The notes: generated from the sequence alone by a model not told the origin. A stretch of 64,000 nucleotides of DNA from Octopus vulgaris (GCA_951406725.2 OX597818.1:104408001-104472000), one strand, 5' to 3'; numbered from the stretch's first letter, positions 1 to 14,050 are shown. Numbers and translations are program-made.

Positions 1-890
1 CTCAGCATACAAAAAAAGACCATGCATACAAAAAAGCCCTTAAGCTTGAAGAAAACAGTAGAATTGACACTAAGTGTAGCCCTTCTTGAACACAAGATCA
101 CTACGTCACATCACACTTTAAAGGTTATGCGTTTTCAATCCAGGAACAAGGTATTGCCACAAAGTACCTGGTGAACAAGAGAAACAGTGACGCACCTGTA
201 ATCCCAAGGTTCAAAAGCATGTGTTGACTCTGTCATGTTTCTGTTGAAGACATCACGCAAGTGATTAACAGCTGTCCTAAAATGTTGTCACGGTACTTTC
301 TCCCTGTGCGGCACGATGATATTGCTAAAAAAAAAATTTACAATGCGATCCACAAAAAGACTCTCCTGAAATAAACTTAGATAATCCCTCTGTTATGGAA
401 TACATTCATAAACACCAGCTTAAGAAATTCTAGTGGCATATTCCCATCAAAACTTCTGGCAAATGTAAGCGTAACATACCGGATATTGTTGTTTGGGACA
501 GGGGGGAAAGATATGTAGCATCAGAGAGGTTAGCTCCCTGTGGATATAAATATCTTTTTGAAAGTCAAAGAAAAGGGGGGTATCTATGGACAGCTGCTTC
601 AAAACCTCCACCTTCTATATCCGCACTATGAATTCATATTTATACCAATAATAATTGGAGCACTAAGTTTATTAGTAAATGGTTAAAGGATAATCTTGAT
701 GGACTGGGATTTTCAGAAAGAGAAATTGACCGACTTCAGCATTACAATCTGTGAGTGGAGTAGTAAAAATATGCAAGACTTTTTATGAGGCTCCAAACTT
801 GAATGTATGCGTGTTATCTACATCCCAAATATGGAGTCTTGTATCTTTGTTAAAACCAGCTCCCTCCTCAGTGGAAGATTTATAATAATT
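1..890 (+). mobile_element. Degenerate 3' part of an RLE-type non-LTR retrotransposon (R4/Dong-like), truncated by the window edge
   Basis: Manual translation from ~99 gives HYVTSHFKGYAFSIQEQGIATKYL...C*LCHVSVEDITQVINSCPKMLSRYFLPVRHD (CCHC knuckle plus RHD), then PDIVVWD (~479) and IPIIIGAL (~643). It has stops and frameshifts. Confidence 0.8.
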
Positions 891-899
891 AAAAAATAG

Positions 900-1345
900 A
901 AGATATATATATACATACATTAATGTTTGTTATAATGTTTTTTATTTGATTTGATTACATGCTTACATACACACACAAAATACATACATGCATGCATAGA
1001 TACATACATACATACATGCATAGATACATACATACATGCATAGATACATGCATACATACATACACATACATACATACATACATACGCACATGCATACATA
1101 CGCACATGCATACATACATGCATTCATACATAGATACATACATGCATTCATACATACACACATATATACCTACACACATACATACATGCATACATACATA
1201 TATACATACATACATACACACATGCATACACATACATAGGTGTATACATATAAACATACAAGCATACATACATTCATGCATGCATACATACACACATACC
1301 TGTATACATTCACGCATTTATACATATATACATACACGCGTGTGT
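900..1345. repeat. Degenerate (TACA/CATG/CA)n microsatellite
   Basis: Direct reading; source of the spurious HTYI/MYVC ORFs. Confidence 0.95.
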
Positions 1346-1985
1346 TCGTGTTTGTATTTTTTTTGTAAACATATATACCTGCATATGTTTTTGTATATAA
1401 ATGCTTGTCTCTGTTTTGATTAAAATACTTTCTTCAACAGAATTATATTAGTATAAGTAAAAAGTTTAACTCAACTATTCTCTGTTGTAATTTTCAATAA
1501 CACTAAACCAAGTAAAAATGGCGCCTATAATACGTACAAAATAAAGAAAATACTTCCATTCATTTCATTTTAGCTTCGTAACTGAACGAGTAATATATCA
1601 TTATATTTGTTACTCTGATCTACACGTAAATGTCGAAGAAAAAGCCAACATAATCGAATGCTAACATCTGTATATTAAATGAATAGCTACTGTAGTTAAT
1701 ATATTTGCAGACATCAACGTATTGAAAATTTATAAGATAACAGCAGACATGAGAAATACGGAGTGGGAGGGGGAGTATAGTTACGCACATGCAAGTACCC
1801 TCATACAGACATACAAACACGCACGAACTCACACACACATACATACATACACTTTAATTGTGTGAGTATGTGAGTGTGCGGCATCTTCATAGAGTTTCCG
1901 TCTTCTAATTCCACTAATAAGTCTTTGGTCAGCTCGAATCTATAGCAGAAGACCAAAGTGTATATATATCCATATATATATATAT

Positions 1986-2048
<63 letters not shown>

Positions 2049-2199
2049 TGCATGTATATGGTTGTGTGCGTGCAGGTGTGTGTATATATACACGCACACA
2101 CACGCAGACACACACACACAAACATACCCGTATATATTCATGTATACGATAGAAAATGGAGATGTATAACAACTGGCAATTCAAAATTTGTTAGCATAA

Positions 2200-2335
2200 T
2201 AGGCGCAGCGTTGCTGAGTGGTAAGAAGCTCGCTTCGCAACCACACGGTTCCGGGTTCATTGTCATTGTGCGGCACTTGGGGCAAGTGTTTTCTACTATA
2301 GCCTCAGGCCGACCAACGCCTTATGAGTGGATTCT
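2200..2335 (+). mobile_element. SINE family B (tRNA head plus CORE-like segment), 5' part
   Basis: ggcgcagcgttgctgagtggtaagaagc...ccgggttca...cacttggggcaagtg...tactatagcctc, matching the fuller copy at 41195. Confidence 0.8.
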
Positions 2336-2356
2336 ACTGCAATTTAATAAGTAATA

Positions 2357-2406
<50 letters not shown>

Positions 2407-2605
2407 ATATATATATATCAGATACAAATGCTGCAATACTTGGCCATAATAAAATTATGAAAATTAATTGTTTTTGGGTCAAGAATCTGCTCATTATAAT
2501 TTCTTATGTATATTTGGATTCACATATCCAATAAGATTGATTTTAAATCTATCTGTTTACAAACCTGAGAATTATTAAATAAAAAACGAAAACAACGATA
2601 GAAAT

Positions 2606-2975
2606 AAACAAGACCATTGAGAGAGCGCAAACCTCCGCCAAGGCAACACCAATGTCCTCTCAACGATTAGTAGGAGATAATTTTTAAAATGGGAATAGCT
2701 AAAATATATTCGACTGCTCTCACAAACGAGAATACTAAAACTGAACTCGGCCGCTTTCAAAATTTAAGTAAAAAATATATATATATAATCCAAATTCTTG
2801 TCCCGCACCGGATCGATCCCAAAATCTAATCAATTCGTGCCAGTCAGTTACGTGGCCAAACATTACTGAAAGTTTAATTCGGATCCATCCAGTGGTTCAG
2901 GAGATATCTTGTCCACGGACAAACAAACAAACACGACTGAAAACTACTTCTGCCTTCGCTAAGGCGGTGGTAAAA
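2606..2975 (-). mobile_element. Non-autonomous Helentron-associated (DINE-1/HINE-like) element
   Basis: Subterminal repeat acctccgcc at 2631 is inverted relative to ggcggtggt at 2963. There is a hairpin at 2946-2971, a short (TTTG)n beside it, and T-rich ends on the minus strand. Confidence 0.6.
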
Positions 2976-3572
2976 ATAAACCAATAGATCGGCCTTAAAA
3001 TATATTTGTATGCTATTCTAACCTATATATATATATATCGTAGCGTATTAGCATTTATATACTAGGAACAATTTTGTGTTTTTTAAACTATTCAAAAACT
3101 AGAAATGTCTCTTTCAATTCTTTCATATGAAAATACATGTTTTTATAATAACACTACGTAATTTATCTGTTTGGTAAGTAACAAAATAATATATTTAAAA
3201 TATTATATCATCTCAAGACAAATAGTAAATAATAATATAAAGTAGATTACATTAATTATTTATAATAATCATTACGAATTATTAAATATTAATAATTAAA
3301 AATTATATAGTTTAAATAAGAAAAAATTTTTCTACATATAATATCATAACAACAATACAGTAGAAATTAAATCAAAGCTCAATTAAATAGTTATCCAGAC
3401 CAAATTTAATCGTAATGACTTCATAAAATCCTTTTGATAATTGCTCTGTTGTATACGAAAACACTTCACAATTAAAATTCGATTCCTTTTTTTAGAGGAA
3501 AAATCTTATTGCGATATAATTTTACATAATTTTACAAAGGCAATTTACAAAGTATGTTTGTAATATGGTTTG

Positions 3573-3637
<65 letters not shown>

Positions 3638-3931
3638 TATACCAGAGGTATATAAATATATATAATATATACCAGAGGTATATATTTGCTGCTTTTTAAT
3701 TAAGTACATATAGACATACATGAGATATACGCATGCGCAAATAAAAACACATACAACATGAATACAAAATGGCGAAGACGGGAGTCCGGATGGCCACTGT
3801 GCAAGGACAATCCGAACACAGAGAGGTGTTGTAAAGAGTGACTGGGAAAGCGGCAATTATAATTAAGGGTATCTAAGATATACGACCATGCTAGAAATAG
3901 TAGCCAAAACATGACTGTAAAACCACATTAA

Positions 3932-4022
3932 ATGTTCATACAGCACCAGAAGAGAAGACAAAGAGACAAAATAAACTAGCAATTTTGTCTCTTTGTCTTC
4001 TCTCCTGGTGCTGTATAAACAT
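3932..4022. repeat. Fold-back inverted repeat with ~40-bp arms and a 9-nt loop
   Basis: tgttcatacagcaccagaagagaagacaaagagacaaaat versus attttgtctctttgtcttctctcctggtgctgtataaaca; 2 mismatches. Confidence 0.9.
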
Positions 4023-5399
4023 ACATACATAGATACACAGACAGGCAGACAAATAGAGAGAGGACGAGAGAGAGACAGGGGAAAGAGAGAAAGAAAGAAA
4101 TAGAAAGATACTGCGAGAAAAAGAGCGAGTGAGAACAAAGCCACACATAAAAAAGGCTTTCCCTATTCTTTATGCTGTAAAATTTTCTTCTAATGATGTA
4201 TTCTATTATTGATATTTATAAGCTACATACAACAGCACTAATTTGTTTTCAACATTAATCCTAACAGTATATGCACATTTACTGAAAAATCATACATTTG
4301 CCCTATTATCACAAATATACCACCTAGAAATACCATTTAGAGATTCATACAAATAGCGTTTCTTGGCAACAATTTTTTAATGTATGTTCCTAATAAACAA
4401 ACATCTCAGTTCAAATATGTGTGAGATTTATTTGCCCTGTACAAGCCTGTACATATAGCTAATTTACCAAGGAGCATCTGTTTTAATTTAGGCAATAGGT
4501 ATTGAAAAATACAGGCACTTAAACTACCCCCAGCTACCAGAACGGCAAGTGGGATTCTATCTTGGCTATAGTGTATTATATCTTATTTTCTGGAGCAAAA
4601 GTGTGTAGCCATATTTAGAGGTTTTAAGACATTGGTGTTTGGAGTGGATGATATATGGATTTTAGTTCTTTCTGCTTGAAAAACTCTGAAATGGCTACCT
4701 TTTAGAGCTATTTCATTAAGTATCTCATACAACCAAGGACAAAATCGCTTACATTAATTATGGCGCACTGTGTACATATGTACATATATTGTTGTACATG
4801 TATTTGTGGAGATATATATATATATATATAATATGTCAGGCCACTAGAGTCTTGTCGCATAGTCGGGTCATCAGTGACTAAACCATGACTCCCTCTAAGC
4901 TTGTCTGGTGAGCAGGGTTGCCAGAAAGCCACCAGGACTAATGACAAGGCCTGTTAAAATGGTGGGTAAACCTAATGTAGATTCAACGATATATAGTATA
5001 GCACGTACCGTTTGAAAATCCGAATTCTTGTCTGGCATGCAGGAAAACCATTGTGAGTGAGGCATCCCTTAGCTTTTGTTAAAGCATGTCTCTTGCAAAT
5101 GTCAATTTGATACAAAACCAGATATGAAGGGAATGGTATTGAACCATTTGCAAATTATTTGCTCCCCCTTGAGGTCCCACATTCCTGAGTCAGCGACCAT
5201 TATTAGCAGTTGATAGCTTATTCTAACTTGTTTCTGGATCACGTCCCTGGAGGGAGAGGAACTGTGAGGAGCTGTGCATGCCTTATTCAACCTAAAATGT
5301 TAGGTTGAGTGCCAGTTTTTCGGTGACCGTTAATGTACGAGAACACCGCGGTGAACACCGAAACCGCGCCCGGGAACCGAAAAAATTCGGCATATGTAT

Positions 5400-5550
5400 G
5401 TGTTTGTCCACCCACCACATGATAACCGATGTTTCTTTGTTTACATCCTTATTATCCAATCTAGTTCGGTAAAAAAAGTTCGGGCCAACTTGTGCCACTG
5501 AACATTTCAATGCAGTGCTCCAGTATGGCTGTAGTTCTTGGAATGAAGCA
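5400..5550 (+). mobile_element. SINE family B, degraded 3' part
   Basis: ttgtccacccacca...aaccgatg...tgtttacatcc...gttcggtaaaa...gtgctccagtatggctgtagt, similar to 34890-35065. Confidence 0.55.
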
Positions 5551-5933
5551 AGCCGCCAGAATATAGCATAGCAGTTTAGTGATAGATACATTTGATATTA
5601 TTTCCTTCCCTTCAAAAGGTAACGGTTAGCATTTTATTTTTCATAATAACGTTGTAATATTTTTGTTTTCCGTTTCTTGCAATAAACTTAAAGCTGCAGA
5701 CAGCTTTATGTAAAATCGTTTTAACTTTTCAGCACACTCACCTTTGTTTCTTATTTTAAAAGAAAATCGAGTTTATGGACTTCAGTAAAGCAGAGCAGAT
5801 GTTGTTAATTGAAATAAACGTTTAAAACACTCGGTTCGTATTTAATCAGTTTTGCTAATGAAATTCATTCTAATACAACGATATATGTTTACGTTGAAGA
5901 TAACGTATGTGTGTGTATGTGTGTGTGTGTGTT

Positions 5934-5991
<58 letters not shown>

Positions 5992-6064
5992 TGTTTGTGT
6001 GTGTGTAGACAAATGGTTGTGTCTCACGTTCGATCCCACTTCATTCCTTCTTGAGCAAATTATT

Positions 6065-6428
6065 CTTATCTACTCTAGACACAATGCCTGAAATTTTGGG
6101 GATAGGGGTCAGTCGATAAGGTCGACCCCAGTGCGCAACTGGTACTTAATTTATGACGCCGAAAGGATGAAAGGCAAATTCGACTTCGGCGGAATTTGAA
6201 CTCAGAATGTAAAGACAGACGAAAAACACAGAGAGGACAAACAAGGACAGACAAAGGGATTAAGTCGATTATATCGACCTCAGTGTGTAACTGGTACTTA
6301 TTTAATCGACCCCGAAAGGATGAAAGACAAAGTCGACCTCGGCGGAATTTGAACTCAGAACGTAGCAGCAGACGAAATACCGATTAGCATTTCGCCCGGC
6401 GTGCTGACGTTACTGCCAGCTCGTCGCC
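6065..6428 (-). mobile_element. SINE family A dimer (head-core-tailA + core-tailB) with ~21-bp TSD
   Basis: A-box-like tggcagtaacgtca and B box gagttcaaattcc; the core gcctttcatcctttcggggtcga occurs twice; ttccttcttgagcaaattatt is present at 6044-6064 and 6429-6449. Confidence 0.9.
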
Positions 6429-6594
6429 TTCCTTCTTGAGCAAATTATTTGTGACCAAGCGTTAACGCACGTCGTGAGCGGAATTGAATAGATAGAAATT
6501 GAATTATAAATCCTACTCGGAACATTTTTCCCCGTAATTCATAATGCCGTGTTGATCCTGGTTAAGAACTGTGCTAAGGGTATACGTGTCTATA

Positions 6595-6716
6595 GGGCGG
6601 CAAGCTGGCAGAATCGTTAGCACACAGGACAGAATGCTTAGCGATATTTCGTGTGGCGCTACGTTCTGAGTTCAAATTCCGCCGAGATCAACTTTGCCTT
6701 TCATCATTTGGGTGTA
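6595..6716 (+). mobile_element. SINE family A, 3'-truncated, with perfect 15-bp TSD
   Basis: Head gctggcagaatcgttagcac...gagttcaaattccgcc; ggtatacgtgtctat at 6579-6593 and 6717-6731. Confidence 0.85.
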
Positions 6717-6853
6717 GGTATACGTGTCTATGGAATAATCAACCAAAACTAGGAACTGGTAAATCAATCGATCACATACAAACACACACATACATGCATA
6801 CACGCACACATACACACATACACACATACATACATACATACATACATACATAC

Positions 6854-6884
<31 letters not shown>

Positions 6885-6891
6885 CATACAT

Positions 6892-6924
<33 letters not shown>

Positions 6925-7194
6925 TTCATGATGATAGTTGTCCACTCGTGAGGCGGAAGATCATCACTGGCCATACAAAAATTCCACTAATGCCCGTGAA
7001 TGACGTTATTGTACAAGCAGTCAACTTTACCCGGATTCGCGCCCGCGGTCTTCATCCTATTCAGCTGGACATCAGATAGTTGCCGTGTCGGCGATTGCTC
7101 AACCGAAAACTTTAGGCTTAATACGGCTTACACAACACCTCGTTGATCCTTCTCACCTTAGTGACATGACCCAGAGACAAACCAGGACGAGACA

Positions 7195-7391
7195 TCCTGT
7201 GTACAGTTGTGGAAATTTGCTGCGCAGTGGATGTTAACATAAAGCTGAAGATCAGTGAAAAGGAGAACACCTACGCTGAAGTATTGACAAATCTGCAGTT
7301 ACTCTATCCAGATTACAAGTCCTGGTTTATACCTGGAATTATTGAGTCCCTGGAATACGTAATACACTGCCTAAATAGCCATCTTGGTTAA
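7195..7391 (+). mobile_element. RLE-type LINE endonuclease fragment, related to the 1-890 element
   Basis: ORF 7209-7391 EICCAVDVNIKLKISEKENTYAEVLTNLQLLYPDYK..FIPGII resembles DINIFLKVKEKGGIYGQLLQNLHLLYPHYEFIFIPII at ~545-655. Confidence 0.7.
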
Positions 7392-7799
7392 CAGAACGGG
7401 CTAATACCCCAAGATTCCGAGTTCGATTCCAGGCAGCGATATGGATGATGATAACAATAATAATTAATAATAATAATATTGATGATGATGATGATGATGA
7501 TAAAAACTTCGTGTTAACAACAAACAAGATGGGGACAAATATCCGTCAAATGTAAATAATGTACGTAATACCTCATCTCTTAAATATAGAACTATATATG
7601 AGCTTGTCTAGATATGTAACTCTATGCGTGAGAATACATACATAAGGCAATACATACAAATCTACACGTATTTATACATACATACACACATACATACATA
7701 CATACATACATACATACATACATACATACATACATACATACAAAAAATGCTGATAGGGCTTCAATCAGCAGCTTCAGTCAAGAGTTAGAGTTTGAACAC

Positions 7800-8150
7800 A
7801 GTCCAGTCTCCAGCAGCTTTACATTACTGTCTGGATTGAACATAAGGCCTTGTTCAAAGATTTGCGCTACATGACGTCAGCCGAATTGGAGACTTATCCA
7901 AAGACCATCAGAGTTTGGGGGACTTGTTTTCATGATGGGCCTGTCACGTCTTACAGCATCGACAGTATTCACAGAACATTGAGGAGCAGTCATGACATCG
8001 GCATTTTTATACCCAACACGGATCAAATTGACACCGCTCACACTTTCCCCAATATGCAAATGGCTTCCAATGTACAATATCAGCTAATTCTTTCTCAAAT
8101 ACAACTTTAATCTTCGTACTTCCCAGCACCATTGACTGCTCACCAATATA
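7800..8150 (+). mobile_element. Possible heavily decayed RTE-clade LINE 3' fragment
   Basis: Frameshifted pieces loosely resemble RTE ORF C-termini (HIKALFK..., ...PICK...ISL); weak. Confidence 0.3.
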
Positions 8151-8976
8151 TCAAACTGTTTCAGAAAATAATGAGACATATATATATCATGAACTTTATC
8201 CCGAACTCGCTAGGTATACACAGAGGTGAATCTCGGTGAATCTTAAACCACCATATATGAGTACGATAGCATAGACGTGTGTGTATGAGTGTATTTATAG
8301 ATAATTCCAGATTCCATCGAGGTGGACATTGCCTTTCATTTCTTCAGGCTCGATGAAATACGTCCTAGCTAAGCGTAATTGACTACTCTTCTCGCTTTAA
8401 AAATGTAAGGCCTAGAGCTAGAACTAGAAACAATATTTTAAGCTGTAACTGGTTTCATGAAAGCAAATGAGAGTTTTCAAAATGTTGAGTAGAAATAATA
8501 GAATAGAATAGCACAACTATTCCATTCATCATATGGATATGATTTGAGTAAAGATTTATCTCTGAAAGTAGTGCACTCTTAGTGTACTCTTTCTGTAACA
8601 TTTGTTGTTAAATGAGTTCGGATATGAATTAAATTCTTACCAACGTTATATCTCAGTAGCGTATTTCTATAGAACTCTAACAATTGAGAAGAATAAATGT
8701 ATATCTGTGTGTGTGTGTGTGTGTTTGAACTGAGCGTTAGTTAAGAGAATATGAAACAAACGCCTGGAGATGCTTAGGAGCGAGTTAGTGAAAGGTATTT
8801 CATATTTTTGTTTCTGTCCTAGCATGGTCACACCCTCACGGCTGAAACAAGTAACAAATATACATACATATATGTATGTGTCTGTGTGCATGTATATATA
8901 TGTATACATATACACATATATGTGTCTGTAAATATCTACAAGTGTGAATGTCTCCATGTACGAACATGAATATATA

Positions 8977-9086
<110 letters not shown>

Positions 9087-9413
9087 AATATGTATATATG
9101 TACATAGAAAGAAACGTGTGTGTGTGCATGTATGTATGTATCTATGTATGTACGTGTGCAGTAATGGTTCAGCTAAATATTATGCCGATATTAATGTAAA
9201 TATTTCATGTGCAGATGAAAATGTTATGTTAATGTTGATGAGATTGTGCATATTTTGCGTATGTACCAACATGTTTGAGCATCAGAGCGGCGATTCGTGC
9301 GGCTGAATATTTCATAAACATATATGTTAGTTTTCTTTTTTTTCTCTTTTCGTGTCTGATATGTTTTATGTTTATACTTTGCTTGTTTTTTCTAATATAT
9401 ACAAGTGTTTGTG

Positions 9414-9465
9414 TGCACATACTCAGATGAGGTAACTATGTGTATACGATATATACATGTAAATA

Positions 9466-9528
<63 letters not shown>

Positions 9529-9633
9529 ATATATGTATATGTATATATATGTATATATATATATATTTATACATATTTATTTATATATGCACATACTCAG
9601 ATGAGGTAACTATGTGTATACGATATATACATG

Positions 9634-9711
<78 letters not shown>

Positions 9712-9765
9712 ATATGTATATATATGTATATATATATATATATTTATACATATTTATTTATATTT
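9414..9765. repeat. Tandem duplication, ~174-bp unit
   Basis: tgcacatactcagatgaggtaactatgtgtatacgatatatacatgtaaat starts at 9414 and 9588; each is followed by the same (TA)n-(TG)n-tatttatacatatttattta layout. Confidence 0.9.
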
Positions 9766-9819
9766 ATATATTTATATTTATATACAACATATATATACAT
9801 TTATAGACATACACACACG

Positions 9820-9890
<71 letters not shown>

Positions 9891-10527
9891 GCATATATAT
9901 CTATTTCTGTATATATTTACATAGGCATGCAAATACACACATGCATACATAAATATATATATGCCAAAATATTTTATACATACACATACGTGTGTAAGTG
10001 TGTGTGTGTATAAATGTCTGTGTGTATGTGTGTATGTGAGTGCGTGTGTGTGCATGTTTGCATAGATTTATATACACATACATGTATACTGAAATATGCA
10101 CACACACACATTTATGTATATGCATTTTTGTGTCTGTAATTTTATGTTAGTATTCAAGTATTTCCAGATACATGTATCGCTGTGTGTCTCTTCGTGGACA
10201 TACATATGTATGAGACGAGAATATATACGTTGTATGTGTGTGTTTTTCTGTGTTTATGTTTGCGTGTGTGTCTGCGTGTGGTGTGTGTAAGATGTATATA
10301 AATATATATGTGTTCACATAAGTATTCAAATCAATTTCGCTGTGTATGAGGGTGTTTTTATTTGTGAATTGTGGTTAAAATCTAAAGGAAAAAATCATTG
10401 ATTAAAAGACTTTTAAAACACGTTAATGGAAGTGCTTTTAGAAGAGGTTTTAAATGAAATTTCATTTCTATGCAAAACTCTATTCCCTTGGCTTGTTAAA
10501 AACATTTGTGTGCATACAACTTTCAAT

Positions 10528-10553
10528 ATGTCGGACGGGGAGGGAAATGTCAG
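10528..10553 (+). CDS. Candidate short first coding exon of an unknown host gene (MSDGEGNV..., phase-2 intron)
   Basis: caatATGtcggacggggagggaaatgtcag|GTGAGT: A at -3, consensus donor, non-repetitive context. No partner exon was found. Confidence 0.3.
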
Positions 10554-12437
10554 GTGAGTAAAGGACTCGTTGAGGAAGAAAGCAAAACAGAGAATATAAT
10601 TATATAAAGTAACAAAAATAAAAATATGAATGATAATGAGAAGAAAATTAGCTAGGTAAAAAGACAATGTACATACACAAATATGCCACACGATTCCAAG
10701 CTTTTTATTATTTCTTTTTGCTTCAAAGATGTGACATAAAATTACTTTGATTCCATAGAATTATAGTTATAGGTGAACCTTAAGTGTTTTATATATTTTT
10801 TGGTTCTATCTGATGTGTTTTTTTCCTTTGTTTTTGTAAATATTATTAGTTTCTTCAATGATTATTCTGAGCTCTGTGGGATAAGTGGAAAAATTCTGAA
10901 CCAACGAACTTCCCACTTCTGAAATCCTAAAATATTGCGTGACGTCAAAGATAACTCTTCCTTGCTTTTTAGAAGAACAATTTCAGTAATAACCTGAAAG
11001 CTTGCCATTTGCAAAGCAATTAGTAAATATACATATATTCAACTTTATGTAGATATATAGATCGATAGATATATTGATAGATAGATATAAACACAGACAG
11101 AGAGGGATAGAGATAGTATGTATATATGCATGTATGTATGTATGTATGTATGTATGTATGTATGTATGTATGTATGTGTGTGTATGTGTGTATGTATGTA
11201 TGTGCGTGCCTGTGTATCATCCTATATCTGGTTTTCAGAATATCATTCTTCGTGTCTGCTCTGTGTGGTAGTTATTAAAAGCCAATAATCAAAGATAGCA
11301 ATGTGTAATACACTGATGCAAAGAAGCACGGTGCTACGCAGGTTTTTTCAACAAGTCTTCAAAGAAATGAGACATTTAAAAAAAAAAAAATATAAGCTAA
11401 AAGAACAAGACTTTTAATGAAATTTATACCTTTCCCGCTCTGATTTACTTTTCTCAATTTATCTAATTACTAGTGAAGCAAATTATGTTACAAATTAATA
11501 TATTTTACCCGAGATACTTTAGCAATGATCACTCCATGAACGTTTATCGAGACAAAGTTGACAATTACAACAATCAATTATTGAATTGTTTAAAATTCTC
11601 TCTCTCTCTCATTCTCAAAAGTTAGAGATTAGTTTTATTGCTGTAACATAGAAGAGAAAACCAACACTCCGCATAAACAATCAAATCTCTCTTGCAACAA
11701 CTTCATTATCTGCTGTTTCAACGATATATCTTTGTGCTGTATCAGTTTAACTCGCAAAGTTATTTCCGTTGAAATAGATTGAATCAATAATCTTTATAGG
11801 ACTAACTGAAAATTCTTTTAATATAGGTTTCTATCAACATATATATGCATTCAGACACTGAGAAATTCAATTAACCACCATTTTATTCGAGTATCTCTAT
11901 AATCGAAAATGTGATAAATTTTACAGTTATATAACCCATTGGTTCATTGCCGACCCAGAGTGCGGAATCATTTTTATGTCGGGGAAGTATAATATCTTTT
12001 TATAGCATTTTGTATGTCGAACGAAAGCTCGTAATTTGTAAATTCTTGCATACAATTCTATTCCTAGTAAATACGTAATTTAAAGCGCTAACTAAAATAA
12101 TTTAAATCTCACATACAGATTTGCTATACTCTGTAGCCTACTCCTAAAAGCAACTGAAATATTTCATTTGCTTTCCAGTGTACATTGTACCGTGTAAATA
12201 TGGACACATTTTGAAGGAAAAGCATACAAGAAATGAGGAAATCTAAATCTGAATTTTAAAAAACATTGCCAGACTTCTTGTTTTCTTGTGATTATCACAG
12301 ATAAACGATAAACAAAAATGACATATTTTCGCTTGTCAATAGATAAATAAATCACATGTTATGCATATAACAATAGAACAGATGAACGTCCGATGAATTT
12401 TTCCATGCTTTTCCAGCAGGCACAGACAATCCGTTTT

Positions 12438-12498
12438 CCTAAATTAGTCATATTTCTATGTTCTTATTCAAAGTTTGAGTAATTGGCAAGAACATTCA

Positions 12499-12536
<38 letters not shown>

Positions 12537-12616
12537 GAGTATTCATTACCATGGGAGAGCCATATTAAAATATTAGTAACGGTGATGATGATGATGATGA
12601 CGACGACGACGACAAC

Positions 12617-12673
<57 letters not shown>

Positions 12674-12706
12674 GGTGGTGGTGGTGGTGGTGGTGGTGGT
12701 GGTGGT
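12438..12706. repeat. Compound (GAT)n/(GAC)n/(GGT)n microsatellites
   Basis: Direct reading; source of the poly-His ORF. Confidence 0.95.
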
Positions 12707-13163
12707 AGGGATGGTTACTCCTGTCGATTTCTAAGTATGAGTATTTGAACGAAGGGATTAAAATATAAAAGAAATGATTAAAAAGGAAAGAAACCAATAT
12801 GAAAAACAAGAAGCAGCATTTATTCGTGATGGACGCGTGAATGCAATTCCAGTCCAGGCATGGATCTTGGTCTGAAGACACAACAAAGACGACAATGATG
12901 ATGATTCTGAGTTTGCCTGCTATTAGACAAATGTGCCTGCTGATTGCAAGATATAATTCTTTTATTGTTCTGTTTCTTCAACTCAAATTGAATTTCGCAA
13001 AAAATCGTGACACATTTTATGCCGTTCAGATCGATCTAGGCAATAACTTTCCCGAGATGTTAAATTAAGCTGTAGAGATTTTGGTGATTGCTTCAGCGTA
13101 GCTTTATGCCTGAGGCTGAAATTTCCCTCAACCGCAGAACACCTCCACTTATTGGCCATACAA

Positions 13164-13850
<687 letters not shown>

Positions 13851-13852
13851 CC

Positions 13853-13940
<88 letters not shown>

Positions 13941-13959
13941 TGATAACAACAACAACAAC

Positions 13960-14050
13960 AAAAACGGAAAGCTTATATATAGAAAGAATTGAAAGTGGTA
14001 AATGTCGTATGCAACTAGAAGACCATTATGAACTAACCAACATAGGATTA
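13960..14050 (+). mobile_element. R4/Dong-type RT thumb fragment
   Basis: TESLYIERIESGKCRMQLEDHYELTNIGL resembles the RLY..R..GGRGL motif also seen as DRLYLSRRKGRRGF at ~47740-47780. Confidence 0.5.

Noticed and set aside
9421-9460. cagatga-ggta...tac-gata as a hammerhead in a tandem unit
   Set aside because: Two invariant core positions differ (CAGAUGA, GAUA) and the stems are low-complexity.
10940-10947. Palindromic CRE site TGACGTCA near the candidate exon
   Set aside because: The same 8-mer also occurs inside TE remnants (~7872, ~59011), and there is no independent support.
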